DNA from: Trichoplax adhaerens
Lineage: Eukaryota > Animalia > Placozoa
Assembly (NCBI RefSeq): GCF_000150275.1
Contig: NW_002060946.1
Coordinates: forward strand, 1,111,562-1,175,561
DNA: 64,000 nucleotides
Direction of reading: 5' to 3'
The notes under the pieces: model-generated
The model's input: the letters and a program-made list of their open reading frames with translations, nothing else
Told to the model about the DNA's origin: nothing
Databases searched by the model: none
In this document: piece after piece, positions 13,224-33,561 of the stretch
Layout: each line of letters begins with the position of its first letter
How positions within the stretch are numbered: position 1 is the stretch's first letter
Translations under genes and position numbers: made by a program

Positions 13224-16200
13224 AATGATGATGAATTAATGTCTTTCCTACTACGGATAGAGATTAAGCATTAAAATGAAGAAATGGTTTAAATTGTAAT
13301 ATCCGACAACCATCAACCGTCAATTCTAGACCTGCTGGAAATGAATCATGCCACTTACCTATAATAAAATGGCTCTTCAACTTCAAGTAGATATTACTAA
13401 TTTATAAGCTAAAAATAAGATGGAAAAATCAATTTTGGAGCCATATAGCGGCTACTATATTATCAAAGTAGAATTAATATAGATAGTTTATGATTCTTAA
13501 CAGTGGATTTGCCTACCTACTAACTTTCTGACTACAAATGAGAACTAGTTGTAGTTGTAGTCGAAAAGTCGGTTTGGGGTTAGCATGTATAGTTACTAGG
13601 TCTTGTCTATCGATAAACTAATTTTCTACTATATCAAAGTAACATCGGATGACAGTATTATTTGTACTGTCGATTTGGGAGTTAATTGATCTTTCAAACT
13701 AAATAATGCTAAACCATAGACGTGAAAGTTGATACAACAATGGAAGAGCAGCAGTTTGCTTATGCCTTTCTATAGTGTGTAATAATTCCAAAACTAGAAT
13801 ACGACTGAAACCTTACTTTATTAACTATATTATCCTAGGGTGACATTGGAACAACTTGGTTTTATTGCAATATTTTCAGTATATTCGCTATTCATTAGCT
13901 ATTGTTCACCTACTGTTGTTTCAATTTTATTTACCATCAAATACAATAATTGTAGGGCTATAGCTAAACAATTCTACTTACATACGTGATCTAATGATTG
14001 ATAGTTGGAATAATTTCGTCATATATTAATGTTGTTATAAAATGGGCGTCTATTCTCCACGCCCGTTACTGTCGTTGACATTGTTGTTATCTAGAGCTGG
14101 ATACAGGGCGTAACAGCTATATTTTATTGACCAACATGATTGAACTTTTAGATACTCTTCTTCCTTTGAGGTGTTAACTACAAAGAGTTACACTATCTTA
14201 ATGCTATGATTCCTTTACTGTAGTGTGAAATAGGACTGTTTTCAACGCTATACTTGATTTACTATCGTCACGTATTAAGATCTCACCATAATTGGATTCT
14301 TTCCATATCCCTCCCCTTCTTTTCTTTCCCAATTTCTTTCGGGAGTTAGATACCGTCATCATTCAATTTACATCGCATGTTGCATGATATTAGAAGACAA
14401 ATGTCAACAAATGCTCTTAAATTGAGATGACTTAGTATCTAAGAACAAAAAAGCAACTGTTGTAATCAACATCTTTTTTCTTCGTCCTTTCAAACAGATC
14501 TATTACTTGAAATCAATCAATGGAGTAGGGGGTAATATCGTTTTTACGCGTGTTCTTTTCTATTTTTAGTTCCCATATAAATAGGTAAGGTAGAATATCA
14601 AATTGAATTAAGATGAAAGGGATGGAATGAAATAAGTGGCAGTTCAAGAATATCATTACCGGCATAGAAATTAGCTATCTAAAGATAAAAAGTAGACGGT
14701 CCTTATAAAAGGATGAAATCATAAACTAAAGTTATACGTATAACACATGATTCATCTGACCTAGTTAAAGCCTTCTGCTGTAATTTATTCATTTAAAGTT
14801 TAATCATGGGCGCTGTACAGATGTATGAGTTATTAATTCACCAAATTAAATAGACTATGCAGTAGACTATATATTGGTCAAGGTTATTATTCTATGTTAA
14901 CCAACATAGGAATAAATTTTTAACAGATTGAATGAAAATTATCCAGGCTAGGACTATGATGGTCTATTGTTACCGTTGTCTATCAAATCATTTCCATAAC
15001 TCTTTGATGATAACTATTACTACATTGTAAAGTCTGCTACTTGATATGTCAAATTACAGAATCGGTAATCAATAGAATGTGGACCAATCTACTATTGCAA
15101 CCTCAGATTTTATTCATACCTTAAATTAAATTATCCAAACTATTTAAATTGCCTATTGAAAGTTTCTCCAACTGCAAACTGCTTTGATAACTAAAAAATA
15201 CTACATCCCATAGATTGTAGTCTACAGACTCCTATTTCGGTACAAGTGGTTAGAATAAATCACATATGTAACATTGTTGTCTTTTCATATTATTAATGCA
15301 AATGGTATATTATGTCATATCCAGTCGTTAGCTTCTCAATTAACCCTTTGTCATATATGCGACTGTTTTCCATATCAAGTAATACTAAAGCAAATGAATA
15401 TTTACATTACGATCTTGTCATCGAATAAATGAATTTTATTAAAATCCAATTACAGTTGCACGGTAGTAAAACGAGGCATACTTGTATGACGCTTAAAAAG
15501 TATCTATAGACCTTTTCGATTCCAATGAATTTTGCCAAAATTCAATCTTACTATTTATTCGGTATACCGTAATAATTACGGAAGCTTACGTAAATGTAAC
15601 ATAAATACTCTCTAGCAGTACAATATCTATCTACATACTGTATTAAATCTGTCAAAGATTCGATAATTGTTTCTTTTTAATTCGAGTAGTTAACTGGGAG
15701 GCTTAAAAGTTTATTCATTTTAACTATTTTCAATGGTCACTCTATGCGCATTTCCTTCTTGTTATTTGCTACCAAAGTATAGTATTTCCGATAGTTTTTA
15801 ACGTATTTATAACCTACATTACATTAACGCATAACTACTGTATTGTAATTATAGCTATTAATACTCTCATATTAACTAAATATGATTATTAAAGTGTTCG
15901 TAATTTCTGTTTATGCACGAAATAATACGTTTACGGTTTATCTCGTCGCACTGGATCATGATTGCACTGTAGCGTGTTTCCAGTTACAAGTATTTACACT
16001 TCTGCACGTAAATGCCAATATTGCGGTCAAATTTGGTAAACGTAATGATATTGTAACAATCAACTTCAGTACATTTAAGTGACAACAGATGTAGGTACAT
16101 AATTTTGATTTTATTTTCAGAAAATAAAAAAGCTGTTCTCAAATGTTATTGACCAAATTTTGCTAATATTACATAAGATAAACTGTGATTATAGAAGATA

Positions 16201-16663
16201 AACTTCATATTATTTTTCCTTAAGAACTACGTGAAAAAAAGTAACGTTACCAAATCATATAGTCAGATACTTAAAATTTTTACTTATAGTGCAAGGCGGA
16301 TCAATTCGAGAACAGTAACTTTACGGAAGCGCTAAAATTTTTTCGCAATAACAAATGTTAATTTTTTTAATACTCAGAAACTGCTACGATTGTGGGATAG
16401 CCATTTTGTATCATCTAATAAAGAAATTTTTACATTCGGTTAATTATCGAGCTATTTCGTTTGCTTTGAACCTTTAGCAGTCAAAAGTCTTCGCTATCAT
16501 GCACTAAAGAAAATTTGACAACTCGATAACCTGGTTACGAAATATTCTATAGTCTAATAAGATTAATGCTAGGTAATTTGAAAAATGAATTGTTAGGGTT
16601 TTGTTGCTAAAACGGTCATGATATCGAGGTATATTGTGGTAAGATTGGGTGAATCACATCCAT

Positions 16664-24688
<8,025 letters not shown>

Positions 24689-24819
24689 TTCTAATGAAAA
24701 CGACAGTACGTATCTATTTTATACGTAGGACCTAACCTTCGTCGACGGGAGGAGAGGTAGAAAAAAGTGAGAAGATAATATAATAAAAAAAAAATTATTA
24801 TTTTGTGCTGTAGTTCCAA

Positions 24820-25800
24820 ATGTTACGCGTGCGGACCGGTATGGTACGGTACGAGCAGCAGCATACTGTACAATCAGTACAGTAGAAGCAATCTTGACTG
24901 ATAGTATCAACTGGATGAGCGACAGGGACTGGTCCGAGACTGTGCACTATGCGCAGTAGAGTGGCGTATGCTGTAAACACTTCGCCAGTCTGTAGTCCGT
25001 ACCGAACAGTGAAGTGAAGTTCTGTAGTTGTTGAATCATGAGCTCAGAACGGTGTACAGTACAGTACGCCTACACGTACAGTACACTGTACTGTACACTG
25101 TACATTGTACATAGTGAAGTGTAAATAGACCTGAGAAAGGTTCGGTTCGGTTCAATACCTTTGTGATCTATGTCTGTGTTAAAGTACAGTATTAGTAACT
25201 TTCACACGCTTTATGTAAATCTAAATTACATATCTACATAAGGTGTTTATTCCCCATCGACTGATACCAAATTTGTCTAATTTGGTCTTAAAATTGTGTT
25301 TTCATATCATTTCAATCGCCGGGAATTCTTTTTGAGACACCCTCTAATAGTCCCTAGATATTTTACTGTATAAAGAACGCTTGTTACAGCGAACATCAAG
25401 AAATGAAGGTGAAAAGACTGTATGATTTGAGCCGTTTCAGACACGAATCAGAGACATCTACGATTCTACTGTACAATGTACTGTACATTCATAGAGTCGT
25501 GCAGTACAAAATCTTGACTCGCTGTACAGTACAGTACAGTGTACAGTACAGTAGTACGTTACAGTAAAACAGAAATTTAACTACGGATTGGAAATCTTCA
25601 ACTACAGTAATACTGTACACTATCGTTTGAACTACTTTTACATGATTTGATCAATATTAAAGCATTTTCAGTACTTATTTAATAATAATAATCTGGAACG
25701 AAACAGATCACGCTGTACAGTGTACAGTGCACAGTGCACAGTATATACTGTACTGTACAGTACCGTGCAGTGTCACTAGAGCACAGTAGACAGTAAAATG
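24820..25800. promoter_or_regulatory. Putative CASK promoter/upstream region containing a low-complexity TACAG/CTGTA array
   Basis: Lies directly 5' of the first CASK coding exon and a probable 5'UTR donor near 24737. Locally higher in GC, with dense TACAGTA/TACTGTA/TACACTGTA units in both orientations. The promoter role is inferred from position only. Confidence 0.5.
25240..25346. mobile_element. Possible single terminal remnant of a Tc1/mariner-type element or MITE
   Basis: TTTTGAGACACCCTCTA at 25330-25346; its reverse complement TAGAGGGTGTCTCAAAA resembles TA-CAGGGTGTC.CAAAA mariner-type termini. No partner TIR was found. Confidence 0.25.
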
Positions 25801-25928
25801 TAGGATGAATGATCACTGAACAAGTAGTAAATAGTGCAAGACTCGGCTTGAAAAAGCTCTCTATGCCCGTGAAATGAGAGGCTATACAGTTAAATCGATA
25901 CGCGTAACGTCACGAATCAAGGTGGCTA

Positions 25929-25990
25929 TTATAATATAATATATAATATATATAATATAGGGAAAATCCCTATAATATACAGTATATAAT
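25929..25990. repeat. (ATAAT)n microsatellite with adjacent TATAGGGA-aaa-TCCCTATA hairpin
   Basis: Read directly from the sequence. Confidence 0.7.
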
Positions 25991-28900
25991 CAGTGAGGCA
26001 CTAACATGAACACTTGGACTGTGGACACGAATTCGGTCCTGTTCTCAACTGGCTGCATAATTGTGTTTTGCAACTTCTTATCCACTCCAAAGGAGTGATT
26101 TTATAGGGTTGAGTTTGAGGCACTCCGACAACCGGCAGCTGCGATTTCTTTTTAATGGGTGAACAGTCGCCAACTCTCAGAATTTTTCTTCCTTTCTTAT
26201 TATTTGTTGCCAAATCGATTTTGTGTGGAAGAGCGAGCTGTACAAACAGATTCGTTTTAGCCACACGATAGGATATCCTGCAGTAGCGCTTAACGTAGTG
26301 ACATTAACACTAGTCATTGTTGTGACAGGTTCGCTTATTTTCATCGTTTATCTTGCATGGTGATATAATGATCGCAAGCTGTGATTGATTAATAAACTTT
26401 GTACTGTATTGTATCTACGCAAATTATTGAGAGTACAATATTTTGTTCTGAAGTAGAAATTGATTCCAATAGGACAGGTAAAGGAGTGTTTCTTAACTGC
26501 AGCTGTGTGAAGAGCTAAAAGTAACTATCAGAAATGATTGAAATCTTGACGGAATAAAACGTGCAATATACTAATTACAAAGGATGGGTCAGCAGCAGAA
26601 TATTGTAGACAAGTTGTTCCTTGCTGATATCTTTTTATACGGCTAACAAGAAAGATGATTATAGTAGATCAATATTAATTGATGCCAATAATTATAATTA
26701 GCAATATACTGCTGTTCTAATCAAAACCTGGTAAGGTGAATTAGCAGAGGGGGTGATGAAATGATTCTTTGTGTTACGCTGGCGCAATATGGATGCACCT
26801 AAGCAAAACCAGATCATTATTTGATTTATTTCCATCAAACAGTTATCGAATTAGTCTCTAGGGGTTATCGACTGGCATACAGGCGTAATTTTTTTTGAAC
26901 AGACTACGTTCTAAATAGGAATACTGGTTCTAAAGCTGCAAAGGACCAGGGTTACCATATCAAAACCACGTTGCTCTATCAACATTTTATAAATACAATA
27001 TACTAACAGGATACGACAGTATATAATAAACTTGATCTATATGGGAACTGAAAACAGAACTATGCCGATACGAAAGTAAATGAATCAGAAATTAGCAACA
27101 TTAAGTAACAATAACTATAATTCATTGATATAAACCATCAATAGGACTACATATCGAGAGTACACATTTCATGACATGTAAAATTTATAAATGATGTAGA
27201 GTACATATTTAATGGAAGTATTCCTATCACGGACACTGTTAAAATGAAAATGACTGAATAATACAGTTAGGATCAGTTTATTATTGAATTACAGTTATCA
27301 TTATATTGCAAGTTTTCTCAGGTTTTAGAAGAGTAAACTATAATTCAAAATTTAGTGAGAGATTCCATATTATGTCTACTGTAAGAATACTACGGTAGAT
27401 ATTACATTTAATGAGCCCAAAAGCAAGAAAAAAACATTCCTAAAGATCTGTTCATAGGTTCTAGGTAATATTGATATTATAATTTATTGATGTACGAATT
27501 AATATTGCATACATTACAGCTATTTGATTCTAATCGATATTATGTCATGCAAGTCTTTCTCTAATTAGTATGCACAAGCTGAATATAATTGTGCGTATGT
27601 TTTAGACCATGGTTTTTATATCATATTACAATTGATGCGATACAAGGTATTTCCATCGCTAGCAAATCCGTTATTAGAATCACACTCTCTATTTAAAATG
27701 TCGTATATTATTAATGATTTATTACATTAGCTTAGAGTTGAAGGGCAGTAAAAAAAATAACTCTTTCAAGTTGTATTGATCCTATTTTCTCCATTATCTA
27801 AAATAGCTCGCCTTTAGCAATTTTACTCACAGTAATCATAGAAAACTGAATTTAGAATTTAAAATAACGAAAAGTTATTTTACAGAAACATGTAGTTTTC
27901 TATTCTTCTGGTCAATTAGTCTGCCCGTAATGCTATTGTTAATTTCTAACTCTAATGAAGGTAAATTGTTAAGTTAAAGAGCAGCACATTTACTCTAGAG
28001 GACTAACGTAAGTTTTACACGGCGAGTGTAGTGCTTTTTAAGAACTAAAATACCACTTCAGTACACCATTTAGTAAAAACTCGATCTTGTTCATGCCATA
28101 TTGCCACTGCAACAATACGATGGTGGATCTGTGCTTATTTTGACTATCAAATTATCCATTCCACACCAATAACTTTGTCTCACTATTCAAATACCATTTT
28201 AAATTTTTAAGTTGGCGTGTAAAGGTAAACCAGGATGAAAGATATTAATTATTTAGATCAGTTTGATCAACACAGCAGATATTTCTAGACAACCTTTGGA
28301 TTGGCATAACTGTCAGCAATAAATTACTTTGCATCAGAAATCAGAGATGTAAAATATTAAAAAATATACAGTATAGCAGATAAAAAATCATGCCGTAAAA
28401 GTAATGTTGATCGATGACTCTAATTAAAGCAGAAGGTCTTTAGAAAATTTCTTTAACGCATGCACCTACATAGGGTACCTAGATGTGTAATCATGCTTTT
28501 TCTCGTTATTTATTTTCGAGAAGTTATATTTAGCGCTGAAAGTAATATTTATACGGACATGTTGTCTTATTGGTATATTTTATTATAAGTATATACTCAA
28601 TAGTACTATGCTATTTTTATTGCATCTAGAGTTTTAATAAATTGCTAGCAGTTTGTAAAGTAAGAAAGTTAAATGCTTAAAACAACATTATTGTCTTCTT
28701 AAGTGGTCTCTTGCACTGAAATAAATGATAATGTAAGAGCAATTGTCTTAAAATGAATAATATTAAACAATATATAGTCTAGACGCCCGATGTAGCAATT
28801 GCTAATATATTGTTACTGCTTTTGTTTAAGATATAAGTCTATTTAGATTATTTTAATCTCTTACTTTAATAATTTATAAAGCAAGTACTATAATAACTTC

Positions 28901-29054
28901 TATTTCAATAGAATTGATGAAAAACTGATGTCAAATAAAGTTGTTACAACCTAGCGTGCTATGCCATATCACCACATTCCCAGTGTGAAACGATTAATAA
29001 CCACAACAAGCGCCAAACAATCTTTTGACTCTATGAAGATCTATTTGAAGGCGA

Positions 29055-31749
29055 ATGTCTAATCCATCGATTATTCGTAAGTATATCATTTAGCCAAGCA
29101 TATGATTAAGAAATAGTTATTTTTCCTACAAGCAACTAAATTTATATCATGACAGAATAACTAGTATTGACAGTGAATAATTAATAGTATATCCAATAGG
29201 AACGATTACTAGATTCAAGAGAAGGTGTTTGTAGTTTAACTGCCTAGCAGTGGCTTGACATATTGTATAACATTATTTTTGATATTCTGTCTCATTCACA
29301 TTGATTTTGCTCTACAAGATTAGGTTATATCCTACTATTGTAGTTAAATCTAACATAGCTTTACTCTGGTAAGGTCTACGATTACTATTACATTGATTAA
29401 TGCTGATCGCAAACGAGTTTAAAACTGATATTTAAAAACCTTTTTAGGCCCTAAAGCTATATAAAATTAAGTCAGCAATTATTAGAATTTTTAAAGGCAC
29501 TTCTGTTATTAATTTCTCAAAATGTGATCGTATACAGTAACTTTCCTCCCGTGTTAATATAATATCTAAGATTCAATGGTAGAATTTATGTGTTGTATTT
29601 AATCAGTATCAAGATACGTCAATTGATAGGATAGCGCCTAAGCAGGCCTAAAATTCCTGATACAATGTATATTAAATTTAAATCTAGACTGTACTGCTAT
29701 AATAATAAATTATAGTATAGATAATAATTGTAGCATAAAGTAGCCTTTACTACGGATTAATTTGACACATTTTATTTTCTTAAACCATTATCGTTTCCAG
29801 TATTCTGTAGTACTAACTGAAATATAGTCAAAAGCTTTATGTATGTTGGCAATACTCACATTCAGCCTTAGTTCTAACAGAAAGCCCAAATAGAAACAAC
29901 TTTCTCATTCTCGTAGCTTAATTTCTTTAATCTTTTATAACCTTAGCAGTCATGAGAATTGTAGCGATAATTTTTTGTTATTCTGGTCGATATGAAAAGT
30001 TTCTTAAGAATCCTTTAATTTTGCAATTTAGGATAAATATTTAGAAGTCTTTATTACGATGCTAAATTGTGTTTAGAAGGTTTATAGACTGGATTTTGAG
30101 GGTGTTGCAGGCTCTCCTGTAGAATAAGATCCTTTTACTTGAATCTGTTTCATCCGGAATCAGAATTGAATAGCATTTAACCGAAATAGATAATTAATCT
30201 TGCTGGTTAGACAATTATTGTGCCACCTGCAACGAAATAATATTTTTTCTTTGCTATTTTGCATAGTTATTATCCGAATCATTGATGGTGATGATTAGAT
30301 ATCTTCCTGTGTTCTCTTGTAGCAACAACAAACAACTGGAAATTTAGTCAATAGCTTTATTTGTGAGGGCAAAGAACTTAGAGTAGAAAATTTTAATTTC
30401 TCACCCTCCTTCCCTGTCATCTACATTTTTACTACAACTAGCAGTGCCTTTAAATAAATTATCCCAATAGTTTCACTGTCATTAAAGTAATTGAATTTTA
30501 TTTTTCCTCAATCGAAATGGGTGAAATATTGAGCTCTTTATGTGTTGAGGAGTTCTATAACGAATTTATTTCGATAGATCTTAAAAATATTTTCTTTTCT
30601 GATCAAATATATTTAAGATTACGTAAATAGTTTAATTTTTTACCTTTGATTTCGAAAGTGCTTTGACTAAAATTTTGACCTTAAAATTCCTACAGTAAAG
30701 GCTTGCAGTTATGATTATAGTATACAGCAGATATCTTACCAACGAAAACTCTTCGTTTTTATGATTTTAGGTTCTGTGAGTTGTCGCAAATCAAGGCATA
30801 AGGCTGTTCCTTGTATCATTCATTGCGAATTTGAGAATGGATTAAAAAAGAAGATGGAACGTTTATATCGGCCTATGTTGGATTATATCAATTCTACTCG
30901 TCAATGCATATCTATAGAGGACGATTCGAAGCGAAGCTTTAATCGAAGCAGAAACAGTTCTTCTTCAAGTAAGTAACGCTTAGATAATAATGAATAAGAT
31001 CTGAATTGAGAAGAAAGTATTTGCTCTTTATATAATTGGGAAATTTATGGTAGAGCCATAAAAATGGCCGCAAGTAATTTTCTCAACTAGGAAATTGCTT
31101 AATGTTAAAATCCCAGTTCTTATTTGCTTGCATAGGTGAGGATATCAACCAATTTGATGTCGGTAAACCCAAAATTTTATCATTAGGTATTCAACTCTTT
31201 CTTCATGAATGTAACTACGGAAATTACCATGATAACATCAGAAATTATCTACAGCAATCAATATGGAATATTAAACTTAATGTTGCATTGTCATCAACGT
31301 ACATAAAATCCTGTCCTCCAAATGATAATTTAGAATCTTATGTTGCCAATGGGCCTATGATGCCTTGGTGGGCAATCAGGACAATCCATTCTGGCAAAGA
31401 AGTTATTCGCATTAATCTATTTGTTAATGATTTGGATAATATGTTGCAATTCTATGAAGTTATACTGCGGCAGCAACCTCAAATTAAGCGAAAAGATTTT
31501 TGCTGTTTTACCTTAGTTCGATATCCGGAATTTGATTTTCAATTTTCATTGAAAGCATTAAATAAGTTAAGTCCTAAGCCCACCCCAACTGATGATTTCT
31601 TACTAGAATTTTTTCACACTGGTTATTCATCACTAGTTAATTTATTACCAGATTGCGTTACCCTAGTTAGCAAGAAATGCTGGAAAATAAAGGATCCGGA
31701 AGGTAACACTCTCCTATTACACGAAAAATCAGTTGTTATTAAAAATTAA
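29055..31749 (+). CDS. FAM124: FAM124 family protein (~277 aa)
   Basis: Exons 29055-29076 (inferred start, phase-compatible), 30771-30968 and 31136-31749. WAIRTIHSGKEVIR, FYEVILR..KRKDFCCF, QFSLK, LLEF..LVNLLP..WKIKDPEGNTLLL match the FAM124A/B core. The first coding exon is less certain than the rest. Confidence 0.88.
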
Positions 31750-33561
31750 TCCGTCAGATATACTTCAAGCCATAATTTATTTTCAACTTTTATTTACTAT
31801 AACCGTAAGAAATAAAGCAATATGAAGTACCTTGTAATATTATTAACAGGCTTAAACGATTAAAACTTAATACTAGCACCTTATTTTATGGATTAACGGA
31901 ATTATTCAAAGTTTCTAATTTGTTCTTTATTTTTTGCTGTCTGCACTAATCCTAAAACATATATATGACTTGATATTATTGCATAAAAAGTAGCATTAAT
32001 TTCATTTTTAACTGCCATATTTTTGCTATGATTTGATTCATTAAACGTTGTGTCAGATTAAACTTATATATATGTAGTAATCTGGCAAGTCATAAATAAA
32101 ATGTTTGCTATTTAAGAAGCTTAGATTTTGAATTGCAAACTCGTGTAGCGCTAGTATGGCTAATAGATAGACCAGTTCTTGCTATTTAAAGCAAGACTTT
32201 AATGATATCTTTAGAAAATTAATTTTACGGTATCTCATGTGCAATTAATATTAAGCATCTATCCATTGATAGATTAAAGAAATGGATCAAAACTGAAATT
32301 AGTTTTGAGCCTGCCATAAACAAATTCTCTAAATGTAATAATACGCGATTTATGTACTGTAGAATAGATAGTAACTAGTATACAGCTATTCATACTATGG
32401 CTGATTACATGCAGTATTGTGGATTTCAATCACTCCGATTATAGCTCATCGGATAATCATCCCTGATAACGGTTTATTCCGATATTGTCATAAATAGAAT
32501 TGACTGTTTTTTGGAATATATGGATACTGTAGTAGACCATTTCTTAAAATGATATCAGCGTACCCCTAGTTAACTCTCCAGCAATTTTCGTATCTATGGT
32601 AAAATCTTCATGGGCTCGTCAATGATTTGTTAAAGCAAATAAAAAAATGGAACTTTAATCTCATTTATGCTAGCGAATTTAATAACCTACTATTCATATT
32701 GCCAGCAACTAGAAACTTTTCGTCATATTTCTTAAAGTCTGGATTTAGGTATATATGAGCACTGACAACTTACGATAAATAGTACATAAAGTTGTAAAAG
32801 TAATTTCATAGGAAATTAACTCTTGCTCATTTCTGGCAGTTGTACACCTTCTTTACTTTTAATATATGCGTATATATAAGATAGGTATGTTGGTAGTTAT
32901 TTAAAATAAAAATCAGAATATTTTTCGACTTGGTCATAATCAGCTTGTGATTTGCTATTCTTACATCATAATTTTTCGTACTATGGTTTGATCAGTAAAG
33001 TTTTGACATAGAGTGGCTGTGATACATTAGTTATTATATATATGTTACGTATATATAAAAACGGAAGTAATGTTTGATGATACCTACGACATTACAATTT
33101 TCTTGACGCTATAAGACAATGTACACATCGTTACTTTTAGTTCAAGAAGATTTCAGTAGCAATTAAATATAATTCTTTGATTTTTGAAATGATTAATATA
33201 CTAATTCAAGATTAAATTATTATATAATTGTTTTTGATGTATATCATATATATAGCATGTACATTATATTAGTGATACATAATCTTAATCATTCTTACTT
33301 CATTACTGATCATTGCTCAAAATTAAAGATAATTTGGGATCGGATTCTTAAAGATAATACCGACATAAATTTACCAGACAAGAATAATTTCTTGCACATT
33401 CTTGTTATACTTTTATATATTTATATATATCACAAATTGCTAGTAACTGATATATTTCATTTGCGATTTATGTACATTTAATATAGAGAGTAATATCGTA
33501 TTGGATGACCGACTATAATATATCATAATCAAATGATTTCTATTTAGAATTGTCTTAAGTA

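Noticed and set aside
14041-14067. Small hairpin AATGGGCGT-n9-ACGCCCGTT
   Set aside because: A single 9-bp stem is expected by chance in 64 kb, and there is no RNA-family signature.
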